A program made the position numbers and the translations under genes. From an uncultured Pseudomonadales bacterium (lineage in GTDB: Bacteria; Patescibacteriota; Microgenomatia; UBA1400; PJMF01), in contig CAYOQI010000001.1 of NCBI GenBank assembly GCA_964406075.1, forward strand, positions 133,015 through 197,014: a DNA stretch of 64,000 nt. Direction: 5' to 3'. The notes under the pieces are model-generated. The model was given only the letters and a program-made list of their open reading frames with translations, did not search any database and was not told where the DNA came from. Positions within the stretch are counted from its first letter, which is position 1. Every line of letters begins with the position of its first letter. Below are positions 53,689 through 62,347 of this stretch, one piece after another.

Positions 53689-53695
53689 AGCCTTA

Positions 53696-54403
53696 ATGAA
53701 ATGTTCTGTGAGTGCCAATACTATGCGGTGCTCTATCAGAGCATTGCACATTAACCCAGCACAACAGACTAGAAAAAGGATTGAGAAAATGTTGAAGTGG
53801 TTTGCCAAAAGACCAATGTTTACGTTGGTTAGTATCGTCGTTCTGTTTGCAGGTACAGTAACGGCGGGAGCTTTGTACCTTCGCGAAAATCACCCTCTCC
53901 CCTCATTCCACGCATGTTACGTTCGAGGATTTAATGACCAATGGGCGATCTTTAAACCCCACTGGGAATATGGTGAAAAGTTATTTGCCCTGAACTTAGT
54001 CGAGGCAGATGCTCAACCGTTCTTAGTCACCGAGGGAGAAGTAAGCGGACAAACTGAACGTTTATCGCTCGATAACTCCTATGTGGTAGTTGCACAATTT
54101 CTTGATTCTGGTCGAGGAAAAGTAAAACTCTTCGATTTAAGGATCAATCGACTTCTGTTTGAAGCAGATACATTCGCTGCATCAGTGATTGGCGTCATCA
54201 ACTCTCATGAATTGAGTTATTCAGTGTACGGAGGCGAATACTTCGAGCGATGGACTCTCGATCTTTCTAATTGGAAACTTGAAGAGAAAGCTCCCAATTC
54301 GCTGATCCTTCCTGGCCAACGCCTTGATGTTCCCGAAAACATTATGATAATCATCGAAGAAAAAATGCCTCGATGTGAATCATGGCCGGGGTATGCGGAC
54401 TAG
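53696..54403 (+). CDS. Orphan membrane-anchored protein
   Basis: 235 aa with a single TM (MFTLVSIVVLFAGTVTAGALYL). No recognised family. Confidence 0.6.
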   Translation: MKCSVSANTMRCSIRALHINPAQQTRKRIEKMLKWFAKRPMFTLVSIVVLFAGTVTAGALYLRENHPLPSFHACYVRGFNDQWAIFKPHWEYGEKLFALNLVEADAQPFLVTEGEVSGQTERLSLDNSYVVVAQFLDSGRGKVKLFDLRINRLLFEADTFAASVIGVINSHELSYSVYGGEYFERWTLDLSNWKLEEKAPNSLILPGQRLDVPENIMIIIEEKMPRCESWPGYAD

Positions 54404-54419
54404 TTCTGATGTGCTATCT

Positions 54420-54449
54420 AGACAGTTTATTGAGAGTAAACTGTCTTTT
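54420..54449 (+). terminator. Rho-independent terminator
   Basis: AGACAGTTTAttgagagTAAACTGTCT followed by TTT. Confidence 0.65.
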
Positions 54450-54615
54450 CCAGAGTTCATTATGAAAATAGTGAATTGCGGAAAAGCTTTAAGATCTCAG
54501 AGCAAAGAATACTGTGTAATGGTTCAACTCCCTGAACGCAATTAATAAACCCAGTTGTTTCATGTCAGGTAAGCAGGTGTTGAACAGAACAATCAGATTG
54601 GAAATTATTTGGTTC

Positions 54616-54654
54616 GCCTGCCTGTCATGCCTATCGGCAGATAAACCGGCAGGC
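54616..54654. repeat. GC-rich palindrome related to 34848-34871
   Basis: GCCTGCCTG-tcatgcctatcggcagataaa-CCGGCAGGCA. The arms match the halves of the 24-bp palindrome upstream of uvrB: 8 and 10 nt identical, split by a 21-nt insert. Confidence 0.55.
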
Positions 54655-54724
54655 AAGAATGCGGAAGGGCTAGGATCACAGTTTTTAATTTTGATAAAAG
54701 TACGTTTAAAGTAAATCCTATAGC

Positions 54725-54753
54725 TTTACATTTCGGCCTTCATATTTTAAAAT
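54725..54753 (+). promoter_or_regulatory. Sigma70-type promoter TTTACA-N17-TAAAAT
   Basis: The hexamers are spaced 17 nt apart. A terminator-like hairpin with a T7 run follows at about 54775-54800. Confidence 0.4.
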
Positions 54754-54905
54754 AATGCATATATAAAATTAGGAAAGCACCATTAGACCGGTGTTTTTTT
54801 GATTCATATGCACATTAACAGTGCAGAAAAGAGGAATAGAGGTAAAAAGACATTTGGTAATTCAGCAGATTTTGGTAATTGAAACTAATATTTGGAGAAG
54901 AGTGA

Positions 54906-55535
54906 ATGGACCTTAAGTCAATGGATGACGCAGCGTTTCACAGACTGGTTACTTTGATCCGCGTCATGAGGGACAATAACCCACAGCTCGAGATTTTTGT
55001 TCCCACTTGGTTCACAATCGGGATGGCACGAACCAGCTTTTTGTCACAATTGACAGAAGCCGATGTGGTAAATCTCACTGAACTCGAAACGCTGGTCATC
55101 GAATCCGCGCGCCTTCATGAGGCTCAGGCAAATGTTCATGAGGACGTACTGGGAATGCTACATGCCGATTTGAACCGCGTATTAAACGGTCAAATGCCTG
55201 CCACATCGTCAGTACGTTACCTCACTCTGTTACGGCTCGATGGAAGAAATGCTGATGGCTTATCTTTGGCATTACGAATTCTTCCCAGCACAGTCTTTGG
55301 GGAAATGAGAAGACTCCATGATGTCATTGATCTAATCGGTCAACTCATGGCTCAATATCGAAACCAGAGAACTCCCGCCGTGGAGGCAATGGTAAAGATT
55401 CTCACTGATCTGGGAAATGCTCAGCTAGAGCGAGAGGGTAATATCTGCCCTATGGCTAAAGGATGGGCAACCCAACTCAATGATATCAACCCCACACTTT
55501 TGTCGGAAAAGGCACGTCGAGCCTTCGCTGAATAG
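54906..55535 (+). CDS. Orphan, probably all-alpha, soluble protein
   Basis: 209 aa with a GGAGAAGAG Shine-Dalgarno and its own strong terminator. No recognised family. Confidence 0.65.
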   Translation: MDLKSMDDAAFHRLVTLIRVMRDNNPQLEIFVPTWFTIGMARTSFLSQLTEADVVNLTELETLVIESARLHEAQANVHEDVLGMLHADLNRVLNGQMPATSSVRYLTLLRLDGRNADGLSLALRILPSTVFGEMRRLHDVIDLIGQLMAQYRNQRTPAVEAMVKILTDLGNAQLEREGNICPMAKGWATQLNDINPTLLSEKARRAFAE

Positions 55536-55554
55536 ACTTTTTTCTGCCTGTATG

Positions 55555-55590
55555 GGGTGACATGTCTAGCCAATAGACATGTCACCCTTT
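55555..55590 (+). terminator. Rho-independent terminator (14-bp perfect stem)
   Basis: GGGTGACATGTCTAgccaaTAGACATGTCACCC followed by TTT. Confidence 0.75.
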
Positions 55591-55740
55591 CAAGGTAAAT
55601 TTTTTACTAGCGGTTGCAACCCGCTTCATACAGTAATAAAACCCACTTTTTTCCTGCCCTTTTATTCATCCCATATTGCTGAATCAAATCTTTTCCGATA
55701 TTATCGGCTTCTTATTCAGTTCTTCAGTTGAAAGGTACAT

Positions 55741-56469
55741 ATGGCTTCTCCCGATAAAAAACCCGATTTACTTGCTCAAATGGATGTACCCAATCAAAAA
55801 AAATCTGCAATTGATTTTCAAATAGGCGAAGATGCTCACCCTGATGATAAAAATCTTTTAGCCGTTCTTCGCAGTTTGCAGTATCTACTTTCTCATTTTC
55901 CTGGTGGTGATTCCGATGAAGGGTCAGAACAGTATCAAATCACTGCACTTCAGGTAAGATTTCATAACATGAGTTATGATTTAAATCCTCGCAAAAGAAT
56001 TGCCTTTGATCATCAAGCGTTAGGACCGAAAGTTCAGACCTTATGGGAAGACGTAAAATCAAGCAGAATAGAGTTTGCATTTCAAAATCCTGATCCTAAT
56101 CTAGAAACAGAGGAAGAACAACATTGGGGAGTCGCTGTAAAACAAGACGAATCTTTACCTATCGCAACGGTTTATTTACCTGACAATATTCATCATGATT
56201 TCGAGGAAATTCCTCAGGGACTGATAGCGTACATAGCAGGCGTTTCACATATTATTCATATGATTGAAGAAGCAAAAGCCGGAAGATGGTCAGAAAAAAT
56301 AAATGAAGTAGATATTCAAGAAATTGAAGAAGAGATGTTTGAAAGTTTAAAATTAAATTTAACAGCAATTACGGCACTCTTTGATTCAATGGGAAGCCGC
56401 AAAGTAGGAATTTTTTCCTTCTATGAGTTTTTGAAAAGACTGGAGAAATTTAATCAGCTTCAAAATTGA
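55741..56469 (+). CDS. Orphan acidic protein
   Basis: 242 aa with no recognised family. 4-nt overlap with the ydeI-like gene. Confidence 0.6.
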   Translation: MASPDKKPDLLAQMDVPNQKKSAIDFQIGEDAHPDDKNLLAVLRSLQYLLSHFPGGDSDEGSEQYQITALQVRFHNMSYDLNPRKRIAFDHQALGPKVQTLWEDVKSSRIEFAFQNPDPNLETEEEQHWGVAVKQDESLPIATVYLPDNIHHDFEEIPQGLIAYIAGVSHIIHMIEEAKAGRWSEKINEVDIQEIEEEMFESLKLNLTAITALFDSMGSRKVGIFSFYEFLKRLEKFNQLQN

Positions 56470-56846
56470 TACATTCTATGAAAACCATAAACAATGAAGA
56501 AGTTTTTGATTTTAGAACAGCTTCTGCTTGGGAAAAGTGGCTGGAAAGTCATCATCAGAAATCAGGTGGTGTGTGGCTGAGAATTGCGAAGAAAAATTCA
56601 GGCGAAACATCAGTCACCATCACAGAAGCACTTGACCTCGCATTGTGTTATGGCTGGATTGATAGCCAACGAAAAGGCTTGGATGAAAAATATTATTTGC
56701 AACGATATTCGCCTCGTCGCTCAAAAAGCCCCTGGTCACAAATTAATATTGAAAAAACGAAGATATTGATAAAAGAAGATCGCATGCAACCTGCGGGGTT
56801 TCAAGAAATTGAAAAAGCTAAAAAAGACGGTCGGTGGAATCCGTAA
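56466..56846 (+). CDS. YdeI/OmdA-family protein, apparently C-terminally truncated
   Basis: WLRIAKKNSG..SVTITEALDLALCYGWIDSQRKGLDEKYYLQRYSPRRSKSPWSQIN...AKKDGRW. From my recollection, family members continue for about 60 more residues. Here the ORF stops 1 nt before the convergent APH stop codon. Confidence 0.6.
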   Translation: MIHSMKTINNEEVFDFRTASAWEKWLESHHQKSGGVWLRIAKKNSGETSVTITEALDLALCYGWIDSQRKGLDEKYYLQRYSPRRSKSPWSQINIEKTKILIKEDRMQPAGFQEIEKAKKDGRWNP

Positions 56847-56847
56847 A

Positions 56848-57795
56848 TTATTTAATGTAACTTTGTACAATCTTCGTCGTATATTTCCCTGCCTCTTCAG
56901 CAGCTTTCCAATCTTGTTTAAAGGCATTGTAGGCAATCGAGCCTAAACCAATATGAAGGTAGTAACAGGCTAGTCTTTCCTTGATGTGTGAAACACTTTG
57001 GGCATTTGACTCGAAATTTGACAAAAGTTTTTCACGGAGGTTAACTTCTTTAAACTGTGGATACCATGCTGAATAGTACAAAAACCATGCAATGTCGTAT
57101 AAAGAATCACCGTATAACGAACATTGCCAATCAATAACGGCACTTATCTTTGTTTGTGAAATCATGACGTTGCAATTGATTAGATCTGCATGAATGAGTT
57201 CTCGGGACTCTGGACATTTTTCAACCAATGTTTCAAATTGAGCATAGAGCTGATCAAACATCTTTGTACCGAAAGAGGAACTGGTTAAATTGGCAGACCA
57301 TCCATGGGTAATACTTTGCTCGGAATCTTTTTTTACATCAAGTAAATATTCTTGCCAACTCGCATGACTTCCCTTTCCATTTTTATCCCATGCTCCATAG
57401 CCAGTTGTTTGGGAAAGATCTGCAGTTCGTAACGCATCCAACATTTTTAATACCGCTGGAAGGGTTTGATCGAGTTCATCAGCAGACAATTTTTCTAAAA
57501 AACTTCCTTGTACAAATTCAGAAATTGCAAAATGTGTATCAAAATGTTTTCCAGAATCAATAACTTTTGGAACTGGTAAATCTTGAGTGTTGAAAGTGCC
57601 GGCAAATGCATCCTTTTCAAAAGATTCAGACGAATGACACCATCTCAACACGTATTTTTTACCATCATGAATAAAAGAATACGCCTGAGACCATTCACCA
57701 CCACTTAATAAGGTGAGAGCAGAAATTTCTGTATTCAATTTTTCTTGAAGAAATTGAGTTGTGTCTTGTGATGAGATGTTCGGTTTTTGAGGCAT
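56848..57795 (-). CDS. Aminoglycoside phosphotransferase family kinase, APH(4)/hygromycin-B-kinase-like
   Basis: Brenner motif LIHADLINCN (HxDxxxxN) and the VIDWQ..YGDSLYDIAW block. By recollection it is collinear with Hph: FL.EK...LS.GE.S.A.SF, YVLR, LPAVL...ADLSQT.G.G, CPE.R.L.HAD, I.AVIDW....GDS.Y..A. Confidence 0.75.
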   Translation of the reverse strand: MPQKPNISSQDTTQFLQEKLNTEISALTLLSGGEWSQAYSFIHDGKKYVLRWCHSSESFEKDAFAGTFNTQDLPVPKVIDSGKHFDTHFAISEFVQGSFLEKLSADELDQTLPAVLKMLDALRTADLSQTTGYGAWDKNGKGSHASWQEYLLDVKKDSEQSITHGWSANLTSSSFGTKMFDQLYAQFETLVEKCPESRELIHADLINCNVMISQTKISAVIDWQCSLYGDSLYDIAWFLYYSAWYPQFKEVNLREKLLSNFESNAQSVSHIKERLACYYLHIGLGSIAYNAFKQDWKAAEEAGKYTTKIVQSYIK

Positions 57796-57836
57796 AGCAA
57801 TAAAAAGATTATACCTTGTAAATTTGAAGTGGAATT

Positions 57837-57866
57837 GGTGGGGGTAAGATTACTCTCGCCCCCACC
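57837..57866 (-). terminator. Hairpin downstream of the membrane-protein gene
   Basis: GGTGGGGG-14nt-CCCCCACC. The U-run is weak. Confidence 0.4.
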
Positions 57867-57873
57867 AAGCCCG

Positions 57874-58752
57874 TTACCAATTGCGTTGATATCCGTCGTT
57901 TTCTAGATATAGAAGTTCTCGAAGTGCGATGGTCAGCATGATCACACTTTGAAGGGTCAGCGCCAACACCCAGAAGTGCTGGACGAACACCGAACCCAAC
58001 ACACAGATGGCCACAACAACGATCAGGATCAATGCCATATAGAGATAGCCACAGTTCTTCCCCGAGCATTCAGGCAGATCTAAGTTAGAACTCGTGCTTC
58101 CTGTTGTTGTCGAGCTGTTAAAAATGTAGATGGTCGAAGCCCGCGTTCGACTCCAATCGTAGGTGTCTTCCCGGAGGTTATCAATCCGGGTCGGCGCACC
58201 AAATTCGACTGGCTCAGCATAGTATGTGCCAGCTAGTCCCGATAAAACAAAACCGATTAGCGGAATTGCAAACACCCACCAAGGCGTGCGATCAATCCGC
58301 CACTGGAACCAACCGCTCCTAAACGCGATAAAAATGGCAATCATTGATACAATCAAACTGAGGCCAATCACGTTTATCCCGCCGAACCAAACTGCAAACC
58401 ACTTGTGATAGTAGAGGAGCAAATGCACTTCTATCCCAATCATGATGATACTAATCACTAACATCATGATACCCCGGGTGACGCGCATCCGACGCAATTC
58501 TCCCAGGTCATCCGAAATTAGTTCGCGCCAGTTCTCCACCTCATCTGTAAGATCCAGCTTAGTTTCCAGAACATCTGTGAAGATGAGCAAGAAACCAATT
58601 AAGATTAACACTGCTGGAATAGGTGTCAGTGACATAGGAACATCAGCCTGGCGCGCCCCGAAATACACCGCCATTCCAGCAATCAGAAGAAGTGCTAAAA
58701 CAATTGATCCTAACCCCAGTCGAACTCCACGATTCTTCACTTTCCGATCCAT
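57874..58752 (-). CDS. Orphan polytopic membrane protein
   Basis: 292 aa with about 7 TM segments. AAGGGAGA Shine-Dalgarno. An extracytoplasmic Ser/Thr-rich loop reads NSSTTTGSTSSN. Confidence 0.6.
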   Translation of the reverse strand: MDRKVKNRGVRLGLGSIVLALLLIAGMAVYFGARQADVPMSLTPIPAVLILIGFLLIFTDVLETKLDLTDEVENWRELISDDLGELRRMRVTRGIMMLVISIIMIGIEVHLLLYYHKWFAVWFGGINVIGLSLIVSMIAIFIAFRSGWFQWRIDRTPWWVFAIPLIGFVLSGLAGTYYAEPVEFGAPTRIDNLREDTYDWSRTRASTIYIFNSSTTTGSTSSNLDLPECSGKNCGYLYMALILIVVVAICVLGSVFVQHFWVLALTLQSVIMLTIALRELLYLENDGYQRNW

Positions 58753-58949
58753 CAGACAATCTCCCTTTTATAGGTTAACTAAAAAACTCCCTCATTTATT
58801 GGTAACGGGGAGTACATTTGACCTCCATATCTTCAGGACTGTTATAGTCCTTTGACATTAAAGCCAAATCTCTCCCCGAAAAAGTTGTTAACGAGCTGAG
58901 CTCATTACTACTTCTACCTTGTGATAAGAAAGTGTAGTTGGAAAGCTCT

Positions 58950-58978
58950 ATAGTTCCTCAAGTGACTTGAGGAACTAT
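58950..58978. other. Perfect 13-bp hairpin in a 624-bp intergenic region
   Basis: ATAGTTCCTCAAGtgaCTTGAGGAACTAT. Confidence 0.6.
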
Positions 58979-59376
58979 GTTTGCCTCCAATAAATACAAA
59001 AAAACCGCCCATTGACTGGCCGGTCGTAAATATTCTTCTTGCGAAGAATCAAGGCGATGTTGTCTTCAATTCAGTATTATATATAATTTTTCTTTTTCTG
59101 CAAGAGATTCTTAGAAGGACCCTTCGTCATTTTACCTATTTACCCAAAATTTCCATTTTCAATGAAGTGATACTCATTAGAGTTTTTTTTAAAAAAAATA
59201 TCCTGCAATTTTCTTATATTTTCTACACTTATATTTTGACGTACCAACTCAACCTATAATAGTTTTTAATCGAGAAAAATGTTAGAATGCAAACGTTATG
59301 TCAGCATAGTAGTACGCTACTCTGAGTGAACATAACAAAAGAGTTCGACTGACCAATAAATAAGAGGAGATGGCTA

Positions 59377-59814
59377 GTGGATAAAGTTGAATTTAATAGA
59401 CGGAAAACTGCGGCTCTCGAGGATCTGTACAAACAGCTCCAGCACACACCTCAGCCAAGCCCATATAGCGTGGAGGCTGGAGGAAGTGACTACCAGATTG
59501 GTATCGAAAGAGTCCGGAAGGACAATGGTCGGAAACAGCGGGATGATGATAACCACAATCGGATTGTGTATAACATCAGGGATCGCACAGAGGCATGTGC
59601 AGACACTGATGCGCTGTGGAAGTTCATCGCAGACGAGTTGAAAAGCTTCCCAATTAAGACGAACTTTTTTCGTACAAAAGAAGAGGGTGGTGGCGTCGAT
59701 TGGAACAAAGTCCATGACGGCATCCAGGAGATTGCTGTCAATTTTAGCATCCGTCACGTATATCAAAAAAGGGCAACCTGTTTACGTTTGGTATATAGCA
59801 AGTTCTGGAAGTAA
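59377..59814 (+). CDS. Orphan hydrophilic protein (GTG start)
   Basis: AAGAGGAG lies 8 nt upstream of the GTG. A + strand terminator follows whose two G-U pairs only work on this strand. Preferred over the three overlapping alternative ORFs. Confidence 0.55.
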   Translation: MDKVEFNRRKTAALEDLYKQLQHTPQPSPYSVEAGGSDYQIGIERVRKDNGRKQRDDDNHNRIVYNIRDRTEACADTDALWKFIADELKSFPIKTNFFRTKEEGGGVDWNKVHDGIQEIAVNFSIRHVYQKRATCLRLVYSKFWK

Positions 59815-59824
59815 CAATGTTCGT

Positions 59825-59870
59825 GGCGTGCTCGAGGACTCCTTGAGCGCGCCGCATCTTTTTTATTTTT
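59825..59870 (+). terminator. Rho-independent terminator
   Basis: GGCGTGCTCGAGGactCCTTGAGCGCGCC (13 bp including 2 G-U pairs), followed by GCATCTTTTTTATTTTT. Confidence 0.65.
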
Positions 59871-59887
59871 CGTTCAATACTTTTATT

Positions 59888-62188
59888 TTACATCCCTCTT
59901 CCAATCGCTAAAGTAAACACAGGAAGCTCAGTATACTTTTCATCATACCGAGAGGATAAGTTCGCTGTGTATTTCTTCCCCCAGAACAATTCACCTTTCG
60001 GAATATTAATTCCGAAGCGTGAGTCTTGATTTGCTGAAGTGCTAAATCTTTTTTCACAATTCATGACACAGTTTTGCTCGGTTAATTTTAATTCAACTTG
60101 AGCACTTCCCCATGCAATTCCGTAAAAAATTGGATCAACAGATGAAAGTGTATATGTATCTTTCATCCCGACTAAATTATATGAAGAAATCAAGGGATTC
60201 CCTAAACCTGAAATATTCAGAACGGCTAAGGGAAACTCATTATCTATTTTCCCAACATTTGAATTGATGATGATATCTCGGCCACCGGTTTCTTGGGCAT
60301 GTCCAACTCGATCAATTGCCACTACTTTCCATTGATAACTCCCTTGCAAAGCAGTGGTTTTTGAACGTACAGCTACGCTTGAGGATTCATTGGCAAAGGT
60401 CGCGACAAATGATTGCGTCTCGTACACTCCATTATTCGTTGACAAGCTTTCCCAAATATTTTTCTGGAGATTTTCTTGATTGCCTTTGGCACTCTGAAAA
60501 TCGACTGGAATGTTATCAATCAGCACTTCCCATGGTGACTCACTTTTCGCATCACCTTTTCTCACCTGAATTTGATATTTGACCAGATTGTCTCTTAATA
60601 ATTCTCTTTGTTTATTTACATGAAAAGTAAATTCAGGATAAGCAGTTTGTACTTTGGCTTCGGTATCAGGAGCCGTTTGATCAAACGGAGCGAAGTAGAA
60701 AAGATTATCAGTCACGTCAGCATTATCATTGATTGCTTTTAATTGAAGTGTGTACCCATCAAGTTTGGTGTTATTCGAATCTTTGACATGATTCAGCACT
60801 GGATCAATTTCAAAAGAAAATTCATCTTCTCTAGAATCAAAGCGTCCATCGGTTGCGGTGGCGTTTTCAAAACTGCCTCGATTCAGTAAAAATTGGACAG
60901 ACCGTAACGAATTTGGCGAATCAACAGTCGCCTTACCGGTAAAACGAAGAATATTTCCAGTCACGCCAGTTGGGTTATTGTTTAAAGAAAGTCCGGGTTT
61001 TTTTTCGATATTATTAAAAATTAATACCCGATTATTAGTCTGATCACTAATCACCATTTGAGTATCATTGGCAAAAATACCCTTTGCATTATGAACTGAA
61101 TTGGCAGTCACTCCCCCATTATTTGCAGTGGTTGCTGAAAAATTCGGTTGACCAATCACAATATCGGCTGCCGTATTATTTGAGGTTGGGATGGAGTTCC
61201 AAATCAGATAACGACTCGCATTCCTATCTGATACGTACAATCGACCTTTCCCATCCACTGACATAAAAAATGGATGTACAGTCGATGCGGTCGAAGGTGG
61301 TGAAGTCGTTGCAGTAGTAAAAGTTGATTGGCCCAATACCACATCAGCATTGGCTCCATTCGAACTTGGGATGGAATTCCAAATGGTAATTCTAAAATTT
61401 CCCCGTTCACCCACAATTAATTTTCCATTGTAGGTTGCAATACCTCTTGGATTACTAATTTTTGATTGGGTAGTTCCAGCTGATACAGTACTAAAATCAG
61501 GTTGTCCAACCACGACGTCGGCAGATTGTCCATTCGTTGTCGGCATTGTATTAAAAACCAAAATTCTATTATTACCTGAATCACTAATAAAGAGTCTTCT
61601 TCCATCCGAAGCCACATCCGTGATCGCAGTCAAACTTCTTGCACTCACTCCACCAGCATTCAAAGTACAGGTTTCAAAATCTGTCTGACCAATGACCAAA
61701 TCAGCACTAGCACCATTACTTGTTGGGATGCTGTTGTATACCAAAACTCTGTTGTGACCTGAATCTGCAATAAAAAGCTTACCATTTACGTACAATAACC
61801 CACTATCTGCCAAGCTTAAATTTTGACCTCCTTGAACACATGGGCCTGATGTACCGGTGCTCATTGATGTCTGACCGATAACCACATCTGCCGGTACACC
61901 ATTAGTGGTAGGAACTGTATTCCATATGAGTACTCTATTATTCGTATCTTCGACCACCAGTAGTTTCCCGTCTGCAATGATTGCTTGACGCGGTGAGTCT
62001 AGACCACCAGCATGTATTGAGCCTCCATTATTCACAGAAGAACCGCTGAAGTTGGATTGTCCTACGACCACAGAAGCATCCATGTAATTAAAATATGCTT
62101 GAATTTGATTTGGTGTAAAAAGGAATAAAAGGACAAAGAAGAAACAAAAAACAAACAATCTTGAATTGAAGTGAATATAAAATGACAC
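59888..62188 (-). CDS. Secreted NHL-repeat six-bladed beta-propeller protein with C-terminal Ig-like domains
   Basis: Signal peptide. Six repeats of AD[VLI]V[IVL]GQ..F....(N)NR[VI]L[IV][WYF]N, e.g. NRVLIWN, NRVLVYN, NRILVFN, FRITIWN, SRYLIWN and NRVLIFN. Confidence 0.8.
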   Translation of the reverse strand: MSFYIHFNSRLFVFCFFFVLLFLFTPNQIQAYFNYMDASVVVGQSNFSGSSVNNGGSIHAGGLDSPRQAIIADGKLLVVEDTNNRVLIWNTVPTTNGVPADVVIGQTSMSTGTSGPCVQGGQNLSLADSGLLYVNGKLFIADSGHNRVLVYNSIPTSNGASADLVIGQTDFETCTLNAGGVSARSLTAITDVASDGRRLFISDSGNNRILVFNTMPTTNGQSADVVVGQPDFSTVSAGTTQSKISNPRGIATYNGKLIVGERGNFRITIWNSIPSSNGANADVVLGQSTFTTATTSPPSTASTVHPFFMSVDGKGRLYVSDRNASRYLIWNSIPTSNNTAADIVIGQPNFSATTANNGGVTANSVHNAKGIFANDTQMVISDQTNNRVLIFNNIEKKPGLSLNNNPTGVTGNILRFTGKATVDSPNSLRSVQFLLNRGSFENATATDGRFDSREDEFSFEIDPVLNHVKDSNNTKLDGYTLQLKAINDNADVTDNLFYFAPFDQTAPDTEAKVQTAYPEFTFHVNKQRELLRDNLVKYQIQVRKGDAKSESPWEVLIDNIPVDFQSAKGNQENLQKNIWESLSTNNGVYETQSFVATFANESSSVAVRSKTTALQGSYQWKVVAIDRVGHAQETGGRDIIINSNVGKIDNEFPLAVLNISGLGNPLISSYNLVGMKDTYTLSSVDPIFYGIAWGSAQVELKLTEQNCVMNCEKRFSTSANQDSRFGINIPKGELFWGKKYTANLSSRYDEKYTELPVFTLAIGRGM

Positions 62189-62301
62189 ACCTCAGTGTAG
62201 CTTTTTCGAAGGGAGTTGCCAATTGAGAAGTTAATACATACAGAGTAATAAAAAAAATCTCCACTTGTCTCAATCGTGAAATATTCACAACTCAGACAAA
62301 T

Positions 62302-62326
62302 GGACTGGGAGCTTAGCTCCCAGTCC
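62302..62326 (-). terminator. Terminator hairpin (11-bp perfect stem)
   Basis: GGACTGGGAGCttaGCTCCCAGTCC lies directly downstream of the M50B-like gene. On the minus strand it is followed by ATTTGTCT. Confidence 0.55.
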
Positions 62327-62347
62327 AGATGCACTACTTTTTTTGTA

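Noticed and set aside
57831-57866. GGAATTGGTGGGGGTAAG resembling the tRNA-Glu 3' end (CGAATTCGGGTGGGGTCA), as a possible att repeat delimiting an island.
   Set aside because: Only about 12 of 17 positions match and a gap is needed. The sequence is better explained as one arm of the GGTGGGGG/CCCCCACC terminator hairpin.
57809-58069. 86-aa minus-strand ORF overlapping the 3' part of 57874-58752.
   Set aside because: It is an alternative frame of a better-supported 292-aa membrane-protein gene. It spans the terminator hairpin and has an Arg/Gly/Pro-rich composition typical of off-frame translation of GC-richer DNA.
58981-59259. 92-aa + strand ORF in the long spacer.
   Set aside because: It has a TTG start and no SD, and gives a low-complexity Ile/Phe/Leu/Tyr-rich product from AT-rich DNA. 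It crosses a T8A8 tract.
59374-59911. Four ORFs overlapping 59377-59814: 59374-59766 (minus), 59387-59641 (+), 59490-59750 (minus) and 59687-59911 (+).
   Set aside because: Only 59377-59814 has a strong SD (AAGAGGAG) and a strand-specific terminator (G-U pairs valid only on the + strand). The others lack signals.
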